From the NCBI GenBank assembly GCA_964464475.1, contig CAYXGG010000003.1, forward strand, positions 48,823-112,822: DNA of 64,000 nt. The letters are read 5' to 3'. A program made the position numbers and the translations under genes. Source of the DNA: an uncultured Planctomycetales bacterium (lineage in GTDB: Bacteria; Omnitrophota; Gorgyraeia; Zapsychrales; JAHFFX01). Within the stretch, counting starts at the first letter, position 1, and each line of letters opens with the position of its first letter. Below the pieces are notes generated by a model. The model saw only the letters and a list, made by a program, of their open reading frames with translations. It had not been told where the DNA came from and searched no databases. Of the stretch, positions 1-9,571 are shown piece by piece.

Positions 1-11
1 AACCTATTCAA

Positions 12-764
12 ATGCAGGCCGATGCCGTTTGCATGAGTCACCATTCCGAACCGGTTATGCCGGACACGCTTGTCCTAGGGGAAGGCAACACTTTGGGGAA
101 TGTTTTTATCTACGTGAAAAGTGGTTTAGCCAAAAAGGATTATCCTGCACCCACCCAGGAAGCGTTATTAGACCAAAAGGGATGCCAATACGTTCCTCAT
201 GTTTTGGGAGTTCAAGTAGGCCAAAAAGTAAAAATTCTTAATCCTGATGGGACTCTTCACAACGTCCATATCCTTAGCAAAGTTAATCAGGAAGAGAACA
301 TTGCCATGCCTAAATTCCGTAAGGAAATCGAAAAGGTATTCGCTAAAGAAGAGTTTATGTTCCCGGTTAAATGCGATGTCCACCCCTGGATGGGCGCCTA
401 TGTCACGGTACTTTCTCATCCTTTTTTTGCAACGACCACTAAAGACGGGAATTTTAGCATTAACAATTTGGAACCAGGAACTTATGAAATTGAAGCCTGG
501 CATGAAAAATTGGGAACTAAAACGGCCAGCATCACTATTGCCACGCCGGATGAATCTAAAACTCAAGATTTTACTTTTACCCGACCGGGAAAAGAGGGAG
601 AAGCCGCAGAGTCTAAACCGGTTGAGCCCAAAGCTGCTGTTACCCCGCCCGCAGAAGTGAAAGAGCAAGTCGCGGAGGTCGTTGCACCAGCTCAAGAAAC
701 TATCGCCGTAACCGCTGATGCCGCACCCCTAGCTGTTGAAAAAGAAACCATTTCTAATAACTGA
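12..764 (+). CDS. Cupredoxin-like/carboxypeptidase-regulatory-like domain protein ahead of the cox operon (probably 5'-truncated by window edge)
   Basis: DQKGCQYVPHV, LHNVH and KCDVHPWM (His/Cys/His/Met, type-1 Cu-like ligands); beta-rich C-domain; Ala/Glu/Pro-rich tail; frame is open to the window start. Confidence 0.65.
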   Translation: MQADAVCMSHHSEPVMPDTLVLGEGNTLGNVFIYVKSGLAKKDYPAPTQEALLDQKGCQYVPHVLGVQVGQKVKILNPDGTLHNVHILSKVNQEENIAMPKFRKEIEKVFAKEEFMFPVKCDVHPWMGAYVTVLSHPFFATTTKDGNFSINNLEPGTYEIEAWHEKLGTKTASITIATPDESKTQDFTFTRPGKEGEAAESKPVEPKAAVTPPAEVKEQVAEVVAPAQETIAVTADAAPLAVEKETISNN

Positions 765-787
765 CTAAGCAAATCCACCAAACCCCT

Positions 788-2548
788 ATGGGTCACGATC
801 ATCATAATTCTGGTCATACTGCTCATAAAAACACTGGCATCGTAAGCTTCTTAAAAACTTACGTCTTCAGTACTGATCACAAAATGATTGGTATCTGGTA
901 TGGTATAACGGCATTAGCATTTTTGTTTTTTGGATTTATGCTAATACTGCTCATGCGCTGGCAATTAGCCTATCCTGAGCAACCCTTACCCTTGATTGGC
1001 GCATGGTTTGGAGAAACCCGAATGCCGGGTGGCGTGATGCTTCCGGAATTCTACAACCAATTAGGCGCTATGCACGGGACGATCATGGTTTTCTTGGGTA
1101 TTGTTCCTTTAGCCGTCGGAGCATTTGGTAACTATCTGATTCCTTTAATGATTGGGGCTCCGGATATGGCCTTTCCCAAACTTAATTTGGCCAGCTACTG
1201 GAGCTTTTTTGCTGGCGGGGTTATTATGCTCGCTAGCTTTTTTGTTCCGGGTGGCGCGGCAAGCTCCGGGTGGACTTCTTATGCACCGTTGGCCGTAATT
1301 GCGACGACTGGTCAGACCATGTGGATCATCGGTATGGTTTTCTTGATTACGTCGTCTTTATTAGGGGCCGTAAATTTTATTGTCACCATTATTCAAATGC
1401 GGGCACCGGGTATGACTTTTATGAAAATGCCCTTTTTTATTTGGGCCCAACTGGTGACTTCATTTTTGCTATTATTAGCTTTTCCTCCCCTAGAAGCTGC
1501 AGGAATTATGCAACTCATGGATCGTGTCGCTCAGACCAGTTTCTTTATGCCATCAGGACTCGTGGTCAGTGGGCAGGCTTTACCCATTAGCGGAGGGGGC
1601 AGTGTTCTATTATGGCAACACTTGTTCTGGTTTCTGGCGCACCCGGAAGTTTATGTGTTGATTTTACCGGCCATGGGAATTGTTTGCGAAATCATCGCCA
1701 ATAATAGCCGCAAACCTATTTGGGGTTATAAATCCATGGTCTATTCCGTCATTTTCTTAGGATTTATGTCTTTCATTGTGTGGGCTCATCATATGTTCAT
1801 TACCGGTATGGGAACCGCCATCAGCGCGTTTTTCCAGGCCACAACCATGATTATTTCGATTCCCTCAGTTATTATCTTAACGGCCTTATTTATTTCGCTG
1901 TGGGGAGGATCAATTCGTTTTAATACCCCGATGCTATTTGCCTTGGCTTTCTTGCCAATGTTTGGCATCGGCGGACTCACGGGTTTACCCTTAGGATTAT
2001 CGACTCCTGACATTCAGCTGCATGATACCTATTATGTTATTGGTCATTTTCATTATGTCGTTGCGCCTGGGACCATATTTGGGCTTTTTGCCGGCATCTA
2101 TTATTGGTTTCCTAAGGTAACGGGAAGAAAGCTCAATGAAACCTTGGGTCAACTCCATTTTTGGCCATCGCTTATTTGTATGAATTTAATTTTTATGCCG
2201 ATGTTTATTCAGGGGTTAGCGGGTGTCTCACGCCGATTGTATGATGGAGGGGCTTCTTACATACACGCCAAAGAAGTCTTGCATTTGAACGTTTCAATGT
2301 CGCATTCAGCCTGGCTCATGGGCGCGGTACAACTATTCTTCATTATTAATATCATCTGGAGTTTATTTAAAGGTGAGAAGGCTAGCGATAATCCTTGGCA
2401 AGCCACGACGCTTGAATGGGCAACACCAACGCCACCACAGCATGGCAATTTTGAATTTGATCCTAAAGTCTATCGGGGACCCTACGAATACAGTGTTCCT
2501 GGCGCGACCCAAGACTTTACGCCCCAGCATCAAGAAAAGGTGATCTAA
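788..2548 (+). CDS. ctaD: Cytochrome c oxidase subunit I (A1-type heme-copper oxidase)
   Basis: TDHKMIG, MHGTIMVF, AHPEVY, WAHHMF, GHFHY, RR motifs; multiple TM helices. Confidence 0.97.
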   Translation: MGHDHHNSGHTAHKNTGIVSFLKTYVFSTDHKMIGIWYGITALAFLFFGFMLILLMRWQLAYPEQPLPLIGAWFGETRMPGGVMLPEFYNQLGAMHGTIMVFLGIVPLAVGAFGNYLIPLMIGAPDMAFPKLNLASYWSFFAGGVIMLASFFVPGGAASSGWTSYAPLAVIATTGQTMWIIGMVFLITSSLLGAVNFIVTIIQMRAPGMTFMKMPFFIWAQLVTSFLLLLAFPPLEAAGIMQLMDRVAQTSFFMPSGLVVSGQALPISGGGSVLLWQHLFWFLAHPEVYVLILPAMGIVCEIIANNSRKPIWGYKSMVYSVIFLGFMSFIVWAHHMFITGMGTAISAFFQATTMIISIPSVIILTALFISLWGGSIRFNTPMLFALAFLPMFGIGGLTGLPLGLSTPDIQLHDTYYVIGHFHYVVAPGTIFGLFAGIYYWFPKVTGRKLNETLGQLHFWPSLICMNLIFMPMFIQGLAGVSRRLYDGGASYIHAKEVLHLNVSMSHSAWLMGAVQLFFIINIIWSLFKGEKASDNPWQATTLEWATPTPPQHGNFEFDPKVYRGPYEYSVPGATQDFTPQHQEKVI

Positions 2549-2549
2549 T

Positions 2550-3164
2550 ATGTCTTCATCTCACGCTCATGCGGAAGTGCTTCCTTATACGGTAGAGCCT
2601 CGCCCAGAAACCGGACTTTATAACGGTAAATTAGGCGTATGGTTATTTTTGGCATCGGAAGTCATGCTTTTTGGAGGGCTTTTCTCAGCCTACATTTTAT
2701 TACGCATGGGCTCGACTAATTGGCCATTGGGCTCGACGATTCTCAATGTTCCCATCGGAACCTTTAATACCATCGTGTTGATTTCTTCAAGCGTCACCAT
2801 GGTCTTGGCCTGGGCCGCCTTAAAAATGAATGATTTCAAAAAATACAAACTTTGGTTGGGGCTAACCATTTTGTGCGCCTTATTGTTTCTGGTCGTTAAA
2901 TATTTTGAGTATGGAGCTAAGTTTGAGCACCATTTACTGCCCAAAACCAGCACCTATATGGCAATTTATTTCACGCTAACGGGTTTACATGCGCTCCACA
3001 TCATCGGTGGGATTATCGTTAATACCTACCTCTGGGGGCCGGGAAGCAAAATGTGGTTTACTCAAAGAGAACGTTTTGAGAATCGCATTGAAGTTGCTGG
3101 CTTGTATTGGCATTTCGTTGATTTGGTTTGGATATTCTTATTTCCGGTACTTTATCTTTTGTGA
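2550..3164 (+). CDS. ctaE: Cytochrome c oxidase subunit III
   Basis: WLFLASEVMLF, TGLHALH, YWHFVDLVWIFLF. Confidence 0.95.
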   Translation: MSSSHAHAEVLPYTVEPRPETGLYNGKLGVWLFLASEVMLFGGLFSAYILLRMGSTNWPLGSTILNVPIGTFNTIVLISSSVTMVLAWAALKMNDFKKYKLWLGLTILCALLFLVVKYFEYGAKFEHHLLPKTSTYMAIYFTLTGLHALHIIGGIIVNTYLWGPGSKMWFTQRERFENRIEVAGLYWHFVDLVWIFLFPVLYLL

Positions 3165-3170
3165 GGAACT

Positions 3171-3530
3171 ATGAGCGCCACCCACACCCATGACGTACAA
3201 AAAGAAGTCAAAATCTACTTAACGGTATTCGTCGCTTTGGGAATATTGACCGTTATTACCGTGGCGATTAGTAAATTACATTTTGGTTTAGTCGGGAATA
3301 TCACCGTGGCGTTGATTATTGCCACTATAAAAGCATCACTGGTTGCTTGCTATTTCATGCATCTGATTTCTGAAAAACAATTAATTTATGCTATTTTAGG
3401 AATGACGGGGTTTTTCTTTATATGCATGATTGTGTTGTTTATCGCCGGATTACATGACCCTATTATGGGGACGGAAATGATTAAAGGAGCAGGGCATGTC
3501 GCTCAAACAATTCCACATTCTGTTCATTAA
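3171..3530 (+). CDS. Cytochrome c oxidase subunit IV family protein
   Basis: Three TM helices, KASLVACYFMHL motif, position after subunit III. Confidence 0.88.
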   Translation: MSATHTHDVQKEVKIYLTVFVALGILTVITVAISKLHFGLVGNITVALIIATIKASLVACYFMHLISEKQLIYAILGMTGFFFICMIVLFIAGLHDPIMGTEMIKGAGHVAQTIPHSVH

Positions 3531-3918
3531 TTTAGCGATACTTATGTTAGTTGGTTTCTTTGCCTGGACGCTTTCGCCGCAGGGCAAGACGCTTGGCAGT
3601 CAAACCGCTCTCTGGGGAGTGGTTTGCCTACTATTAGCTATAGGGCTAATTGTTTACGAAATTAGTTTCTTCAAGAAAACAAAAGGTCTCCTCATCGCAC
3701 TGGCCTTAATTGGTCAGCTTGTTGGAGTAAAATCCAGTCAAGCTTGCACGATGTGCTTTAGTCAAGGGGCTGGCAACAGTCAACTTATTGCAGTTAAGTT
3801 AGGAATTTTAAGTTTATTTCTGATTTTGATGGGAGTTCTAGCTACTTTGGTCTGGTTTTTTATAGGCATGGCGAAGAAAAGCAAATCGCTTAGTGTAAAT
3901 TCTGCAAATTTAACTTAA
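3496..3918 (+). CDS. Small membrane protein with CxxC in cox operon
   Basis: AAGGAG RBS before ATG 3496; about 4 hydrophobic segments; ACTMCF; fills gap between subunits IV and II. Confidence 0.75.
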   Translation: MSLKQFHILFINLAILMLVGFFAWTLSPQGKTLGSQTALWGVVCLLLAIGLIVYEISFFKKTKGLLIALALIGQLVGVKSSQACTMCFSQGAGNSQLIAVKLGILSLFLILMGVLATLVWFFIGMAKKSKSLSVNSANLT

Positions 3919-3920
3919 TT

Positions 3921-4706
3921 ATGGAAAAAGGCTGGATACAAAAAATCATGGGGTTACCGCCCTTAGCTTCAGCGCAGGGTGGTGAAATTGACCTGATTAT
4001 TTTCCTCATGCATGTGTTGATGCTGGTTTTGTTGGTGGGCTGGGGAGTTTTCTTTATTTATGTTTTGTTCCGTTTCCGCGCGAAAAGAAATCCAAAAGCG
4101 AATTATACGGGAGTAACGAACCATTATTCGACCTACATTGAAGGTGCCGTGGCGCTTATCGAAGCCTTATTGTTAATCGGTTTCTCCATTCCTTTCTGGG
4201 CTAAAAATGTCAGTGCACTACCCACCGATAGAAATCCCATTGAAATCAGATTAGTGGCTGAGCAATTTGCCTGGGATTTTCATTATCCGGGTGCCGATGG
4301 AATTTTTGGAAAAACGGACATTAAATTTATCGACAAACAATCGAACCCGCTAGGATTAGACAAAGCAGATCCTGCATCTAAAGACGATATCGTTTCCATT
4401 AACCAATTATATCTACCTGTCAACCGTCAAGCCGTTATCCATGTTTCTAGTAAGGATGTTATTCATTCTTTTGCTCTTAATGTCATGCGGGTCAAACAGG
4501 ACGCCATTCCTGGCATGAGCATTCCCGTATGGTTTACGCCCACCCAAACCGGCCATTCTGAGATTGCCTGCGCTCAATTATGTGGATTAGGACATTACCG
4601 GATGAAGGGAGACCTCTACGTCGTTACTAATACAGAATACGACACGTGGTTGGCCTCTCAAGCCAAAACCTCGACTGGCTCCGGCGAAGAAGATTTTTGG
4701 AACTGA
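3921..4706 (+). CDS. ctaC: Cytochrome c oxidase subunit II (CuA, no fused cytochrome c)
   Basis: Two TM helices, QFAWDFHY, DVIHSF, CAQLCGLGHYRM. Confidence 0.95.
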   Translation: MEKGWIQKIMGLPPLASAQGGEIDLIIFLMHVLMLVLLVGWGVFFIYVLFRFRAKRNPKANYTGVTNHYSTYIEGAVALIEALLLIGFSIPFWAKNVSALPTDRNPIEIRLVAEQFAWDFHYPGADGIFGKTDIKFIDKQSNPLGLDKADPASKDDIVSINQLYLPVNRQAVIHVSSKDVIHSFALNVMRVKQDAIPGMSIPVWFTPTQTGHSEIACAQLCGLGHYRMKGDLYVVTNTEYDTWLASQAKTSTGSGEEDFWN

Positions 4707-4717
4707 TTGGATAAATC

Positions 4718-5719
4718 ATGAGCAGCACTCCTGTCACAAATCCTGAAGCGCCTTCAGGGCTGAGACGATTTTCAAAAATTGTCTCTCTGACAACCTTAGC
4801 TTTAATTTTTGTCGGTGGCATGGTAACTAGCACCTCTTCGGGGCTGTCCGTTCCTGACTGGCCGCTTTCCTATGGAATGCTTTTCCCTCCTATGGTGGGA
4901 GGTGTTTTTTATGAACACGGGCACCGAATGGTTGCCGCCCTCGTAGGGTTCTTGACATTAATTCAGGCATTCTGGTTATGGCGAAGCCCCGTCGCTCCAT
5001 GGATAAAAAAGCTAGGTTGGGTTGCCTTAGGTGTGGTTATCTTGCAAGGTCTTTTGGGAGGATTAACGGTCTTAATGTTTTTGCCGCCACCAGTCTCGAT
5101 TTCTCACGGTGTCTTGGCCCAGACATTTTTCTTAATTACGATTGTCATTGCTTATGCTCTTTCGGTTGAGCGGCAAAATAAAATTAACGGAAAAACATTT
5201 TATCTGGAAAAAAATTTACTTAAATCAGCTTTATTACTTACCGCCGCAGTTTATATTCAACTCATCCTAGGGGCTTTGATGCGTCATACTCAATCGGGGC
5301 TCGCTATTCCTGATTTCCCAACAATGGGGGGAAAGATCATTGCTTCGTTTGATCAAAGCATGCTAAATTCGATCAATGATTGGCGCTTCGAGTATAATTA
5401 TCCACCGGTAGTTATGAAGCAAATAGTTATTCATTTTTTGCACCGGGCTTGGGCGATAGTCATTTTACTACTCGTTTTGTCTTTAGCTTGGAAACTTGTC
5501 CGGATGCCAACACTTTTTCCAAATATCAAAGCTTCGATTATCTATGTAAATAGTATTATCTGGATCCAAATAATCTTAGGAATTTTAACGGTATTAAATC
5601 ATAAATCGCCAGTACTTACGAGTCTACACGTCGTGACCGGGGCGACGACCTTAGGGTTATGCATGTTACTCTTACTTCGAGCTGCGCCTTTATCCTGGAA
5701 AGATTTCTTAAAATCATGA
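4718..5719 (+). CDS. ctaA: Heme A synthase (COX15/CtaA)
   Basis: SGLSVPDWP, EHGHR, second repeat GLAIPDFP/FLHR, about 8 TM helices. Confidence 0.9.
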   Translation: MSSTPVTNPEAPSGLRRFSKIVSLTTLALIFVGGMVTSTSSGLSVPDWPLSYGMLFPPMVGGVFYEHGHRMVAALVGFLTLIQAFWLWRSPVAPWIKKLGWVALGVVILQGLLGGLTVLMFLPPPVSISHGVLAQTFFLITIVIAYALSVERQNKINGKTFYLEKNLLKSALLLTAAVYIQLILGALMRHTQSGLAIPDFPTMGGKIIASFDQSMLNSINDWRFEYNYPPVVMKQIVIHFLHRAWAIVILLLVLSLAWKLVRMPTLFPNIKASIIYVNSIIWIQIILGILTVLNHKSPVLTSLHVVTGATTLGLCMLLLLRAAPLSWKDFLKS

Positions 5720-6588
5720 ATCAACAAAATAAAGAATTGTTTAACGGTTATCTGGAACTTTCCAAACCCAGTATTACCACACTTATTTTAATCACAATGG
5801 GACTAGGATACTTTCTGGGCGGGAAGGGGATAGCAGACTGGATCAATTTCTGTTTTAGTCTTTCTGGTGCCGCGTTAGTTTGCGCCGGAGCATCAGCCCT
5901 CAATCATTACTTAGAGCGTGATGCTGATTGCAAAATGGCGCGTACAAAAAATCGGCCAATTCCCTCAGGACTAATTGCCGCTCACAACGCACTATCTTTT
6001 GGCATCATCACAATTTTAACCGGAATAACTCTCTTAGCCGTTAAGGTCAATTTGCTTACCGCTTTTTTAAGCCTTTTGACTGCTTTTCTATACGTTATTG
6101 TTTACACTCCTATGAAAAAACGTAGCTGGCTTAATACTTCTATTGGAGCAATTCCCGGAGCTATTCCACCAATGGGAGGCTGGGCAGCCGCTACAGGACA
6201 GTTGGACTGGGGAGCGTGGATCCTTTTTGGGATTCTGTTTTTGTGGCAACATCCCCATTTCTTCGCTATTGCCTGGATGTTTAAAGAGGACTATGGTAAA
6301 GCCGGATTTAAAATGCTGCCGGTCATTGATCCTGGCGGACAAAAAACATTTGAACAAATCGAAATTTTTTCGCTGTTGTTAATACCCGTTTCCCTTATGC
6401 CAACTTTAATTGGTTTGTCTGGGGGGCTGTACTTCTGGGGAGCATTGCTTCTAGGAATTAGCTTTTGGTGGGCGGGTAAAGCGTTGGCTCAAACTCATTC
6501 CTTTGCTGATGCACGCAAATTGCTTAAAGCCTCTGTTATTTATTTACCCTTACTATTTATTTTAATTATTGCTGATTTTTCCTTTTAA
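5716..6588 (+). CDS. ctaB: Protoheme IX farnesyltransferase (heme O synthase)
   Basis: NHYLERDADCKMARTKNRPIPSG, YTPMK, WQHPHF; start moved to ATG 5716 (ATGA overlap). Confidence 0.95.
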   Translation: MNQQNKELFNGYLELSKPSITTLILITMGLGYFLGGKGIADWINFCFSLSGAALVCAGASALNHYLERDADCKMARTKNRPIPSGLIAAHNALSFGIITILTGITLLAVKVNLLTAFLSLLTAFLYVIVYTPMKKRSWLNTSIGAIPGAIPPMGGWAAATGQLDWGAWILFGILFLWQHPHFFAIAWMFKEDYGKAGFKMLPVIDPGGQKTFEQIEIFSLLLIPVSLMPTLIGLSGGLYFWGALLLGISFWWAGKALAQTHSFADARKLLKASVIYLPLLFILIIADFSF

Positions 6589-6592
6589 AGCT

Positions 6593-7195
6593 ATGCCTCC
6601 AAGCCGGAAAATATTCTGGTTATTGTTCGTGTTAACGACGCTCCTCATGTTGTCTTTTGCCGGATATCTTTTTTGGCGAGAATCTAGACCGCGAGAACTA
6701 CTCACCTTAGGAACAATCGCCAACGCAAAATTCACCACGAGTGACCGCCAAGAATTTGAATTATCCCAACTCAAAGGAAAGGTATGGGTCGCTGATTTTA
6801 TTTTCACCACTTGCGGTGGCATTTGTCCGATTATGTCAAAAAACATGGCCCAATTACACCGCTCTTACGTACTTCTCGATGATGTCCGCATGGTCTCTAT
6901 ATCCGTAAATCCTGAACAAGATACGCCCGAAGTCCTTCAGGAGTACGCCAAACGCTATAAAGCAGATACCGCACGCTGGCTTTTTCTTACGGCGCCTCGG
7001 GAAGTCATTCAGGATTTAGCCGTGCATAGCTTTAAAATGGGTTCCATTGATGAACCAATTTTTCATAGTTCTAAATTCGTTTTGGTTGATCGGGAGATGA
7101 AGATTCGGGGTTATTATGATGGGACAACGGCAGGAGATATTGCCCGACTATACACAGATGTGGCTTCTTTACTAAAAGAAAGAAATCGTAAGTGA
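6593..7195 (+). CDS. SCO1/SenC copper chaperone
   Basis: N-terminal TM helix, FIFTTCGGICP (CxxxC), conserved His (FHSSKF). Confidence 0.93.
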   Translation: MPPSRKIFWLLFVLTTLLMLSFAGYLFWRESRPRELLTLGTIANAKFTTSDRQEFELSQLKGKVWVADFIFTTCGGICPIMSKNMAQLHRSYVLLDDVRMVSISVNPEQDTPEVLQEYAKRYKADTARWLFLTAPREVIQDLAVHSFKMGSIDEPIFHSSKFVLVDREMKIRGYYDGTTAGDIARLYTDVASLLKERNRK

Positions 7196-7611
7196 ACGTA
7201 CCCTTGTTTCCGACTATCAATGCCAGTTTGAATGCGTTAGCGGGTGTCTTTCTTGTCTTGGGCTGGATGGCGATCAAGCAAGGAAACAAAGAACGCCACC
7301 GCCAATGCATGATCGGCGCTGTTTGTGCTTCGACATTATTCTTAATTTCTTACGTAACTTATCATGCAACGGTAGGGGTGGTAACGCGCTATGCAGGACA
7401 AGGAGTTAAACGGGCTATCTATTTCTTTATTCTGGGAACCCATACGCCTTTGGCGGTTCTCATATTACCTTTTGTAGTGGCAGCCATTTGGTACGCGGCC
7501 AAAGGTAACTTTGTTAAACACGCCCAAATTACTCGTTGGTTATGGCCAACCTGGATTTATGTATCTTTAACCGGCGTTCTGGTCTACTTAATGCTCTACG
7601 TTATTAAATAG
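7192..7611 (+). CDS. DUF420 family membrane protein (CtaM-like)
   Basis: PTINASLN, FLISYVTYH, HTPLA, WIYVSLTGVLVYLMLY; usual last gene of cox operons. Confidence 0.88.
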   Translation: MNVPLFPTINASLNALAGVFLVLGWMAIKQGNKERHRQCMIGAVCASTLFLISYVTYHATVGVVTRYAGQGVKRAIYFFILGTHTPLAVLILPFVVAAIWYAAKGNFVKHAQITRWLWPTWIYVSLTGVLVYLMLYVIK

Positions 7612-7942
7612 ATTTCGCTGCCACAACTGATTTAGGCCGTAATCGATCCCGCAGGAACCTTCCCATTTTTTTTTGTCGCTCCCAAAAAAATGAGAATTGA
7701 CCGAGTAGCGCCGCATAGAACAACACAGAAATTTGGTACACCGGGAAGAAAATAAGCGGGAAGGAAAGAATTTTCGCCCAAAGAGGAGCGTGGTCAAGTC
7801 CCAAGAAATGAAAAATCTTAGGCCGAGTTAGCGAGATATTCATTCCGGCCAAAGAGAAGGTTATCAAAATTAGCGTCAAATCAAGGTTACTTTTGATTTG
7901 ATATTTAGCTTTAAATTTCTGCAAAAAATTTTCCTTACTCAT
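7604..7942 (-). CDS. Small membrane protein (DUF6787-like)
   Basis: KFKAKYQIKSN..LITFSLAG and PVYQ..LLGQFSFFWEREKK-like pattern recalled from this family; start at MSKENF. Confidence 0.6.
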   Translation of the reverse strand: MSKENFLQKFKAKYQIKSNLDLTLILITFSLAGMNISLTRPKIFHFLGLDHAPLWAKILSFPLIFFPVYQISVLFYAALLGQFSFFWERQKKMGRFLRDRLRPKSVVAAKSI

Positions 7943-7943
7943 T

Positions 7944-8090
7944 TTAGCTCCCCAATCTCCAATCATTCGGAAACACCACCAACATAAAATATAAACCCAC
8001 GGCTAAGAGAACCACAGCCAAGAAAACCAAAACGTAGATCATTTTAAGAAAACCGTCTGCGCCAGTATCAAACTTCAGAATAGTCCTCAT
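7944..8090 (-). CDS. 48-aa single-TM protein
   Basis: ATG 8090 is 5 nt after the upstream stop; stop is 1 nt before the next ATG; one hydrophobic helix. Confidence 0.55.
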   Translation of the reverse strand: MRTILKFDTGADGFLKMIYVLVFLAVVLLAVGLYFMLVVFPNDWRLGS

Positions 8091-8095
8091 GTCAG

Positions 8096-8257
8096 CTATT
8101 TTTTGAGTAAATACGCTTCGATAATCCAACCAAAAATAAAAACAATCATGCCCAACGCTAACTCTTGATGACTCATTAATTGGGGAAATTTTTTAATAAA
8201 GAAGACCAATAAAATTGTCATCCCCGTCGCTTGCGAAATTTTAGCTAAAAGGTACAT
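8096..8257 (-). CDS. 53-aa two-TM protein (not in ORF track)
   Basis: Translated by hand: MYLLAKISQATGMTILLVFFIKKFPQLMSHQELALGMIVFIFGWIIEAYLLKK; fills the operon gap with 9-nt and 5-nt spacing. Confidence 0.65.
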   Translation of the reverse strand: MYLLAKISQATGMTILLVFFIKKFPQLMSHQELALGMIVFIFGWIIEAYLLKK

Positions 8258-8266
8258 AAAACGCAA

Positions 8267-8758
8267 TCAGATTTTAGGCTGGGGACGAGAAACACCAGAC
8301 ATATCTAACACAATGTCCGTACTGTCTTTAAATGCCTTATGTTGTATAACTAACATATAAAAGAAATGCGCTAAAGTCGCCCAAAACAGCCAGCCGTGAA
8401 TTGATTTGGCGATCCGATTGGTATCTACAGCACCTCCCAAAATAAACAATATACTCACTAAAAAAATGTTGAGTAATATCGGGGGATATATCTTCATTTT
8501 GACTTGAAAGGAACGTTTAAGAAATTCTTTAGGTAAACCTTGTTCATTAACGTAGTCTCTGATACTTACGCCAATGCCAACAAAATAAAACATGACCAGC
8601 GTTTCCGTAAACAAATAAATAATAGACGTCAATAACGCAAACGTCGCGTGATTAGCATTAAAGATTGAGAATCCCCAATAACCTTGAGCTGCTGTCAGAG
8701 ACAGCAATACCAGTGTTATCCCGGTCAAAACATAGCAGGAAATCATAAAAAACCACAT
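8267..8758 (-). CDS. Hypothetical 4-TM membrane protein
   Basis: Start moved to MWFFMIS (8758), just after the ferredoxin stop; four hydrophobic helices with His residues (NHAT, IHGW, AHFF, QHKA). Confidence 0.7.
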   Translation of the reverse strand: MWFFMISCYVLTGITLVLLSLTAAQGYWGFSIFNANHATFALLTSIIYLFTETLVMFYFVGIGVSIRDYVNEQGLPKEFLKRSFQVKMKIYPPILLNIFLVSILFILGGAVDTNRIAKSIHGWLFWATLAHFFYMLVIQHKAFKDSTDIVLDMSGVSRPQPKI

Positions 8759-8771
8759 GGGCGAGAGGAAA

Positions 8772-9131
8772 TTAAGCTGAAATGCTTTTGGTTGAAGGGA
8801 TGAACGCTTCGCTAATTTGAATGTTGAATTTTTTCTCGATTTCTTCTGTGGGTACCATTCGAATGGCGTCCCATGTAAGTTTATTACAAACACGAGAGCA
8901 AATTTGGCAACCGATACACTCGTTATAACGAATTTCAACGGGTGGTATCGTCGTTCCGTGATCCTGGGTGTGCGGCTGAATACAATCAACCGGGCAAAAC
9001 GGAACACAGACTTGACAGCCGGTGCAATTATCGACGTCAACCAGGGCAATAAGCTTAGGCCGTTTCTTCTTCGCTGAAATCTTATCCGGAAGTTCAGGAA
9101 TTGTTTTATAAAAAGAAGAAGGAACGGCCAT
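8772..9131 (-). CDS. 2x[4Fe-4S] dicluster protein
   Basis: CTGCQVCVPFCP and CIGCQICSRVC. Confidence 0.88.
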   Translation of the reverse strand: MAVPSSFYKTIPELPDKISAKKKRPKLIALVDVDNCTGCQVCVPFCPVDCIQPHTQDHGTTIPPVEIRYNECIGCQICSRVCNKLTWDAIRMVPTEEIEKKFNIQISEAFIPSTKSISA

Positions 9132-9161
9132 AAGTTAGCGCTATAGCAATAATTTAATTTT

Positions 9162-9443
9162 TTACTTCGGTGGAGCTAGCGGCGGTTTCTTTTCGGTAAT
9201 CGTAGGAAGTGAGGGAGCCTTTTCCCGATTCAATTGAGTATAGCTTTTCCATTTTTCAGGAACATCACCCTCGGCATAAATCGCTTGAACAGGGCATTCC
9301 GGAATACAAGCGCCGCAATCAATACAAACATCCGGATCAATAACTACCATTTCCGCATCTTCATGAAAGCAATCAACGGGGCAAACAGTAACACAATCCG
9401 TGTAACGGCATTTTACGCACGGTTCGGTAACGACATGAGCCAT
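9162..9443 (-). CDS. fdxA: Ferredoxin (FdxA-like dicluster)
   Basis: [18 protein letters not shown] and [12 protein letters not shown]; AGGAAGAG RBS. Confidence 0.92.
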   Translation of the reverse strand: MAHVVTEPCVKCRYTDCVTVCPVDCFHEDAEMVVIDPDVCIDCGACIPECPVQAIYAEGDVPEKWKSYTQLNREKAPSLPTITEKKPPLAPPK

Positions 9444-9523
9444 CTCTTCCTCCTATTGGTTGAAAAAAAACACAACTAATTTCTTATTTATCGACGACTA
9501 AATTTATTACTAAATACTGGGTA

Positions 9524-9551
9524 AGTATAACAAACGCGTTTTTTTTGTCAA
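9524..9551 (-). promoter_or_regulatory. Sigma70 promoter of ferredoxin operon
   Basis: TTGACA-16nt-TATACT with TGn extended -10. Confidence 0.75.
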
Positions 9552-9571
9552 ACAACAATTTTCAAATAATC

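Noticed and set aside
8759-9049. N-terminal 97 aa of the 260-aa ORF 8267-9049
   Set aside because: Overlaps the dicluster ferredoxin in another frame; the real start is more likely ATG 8758.
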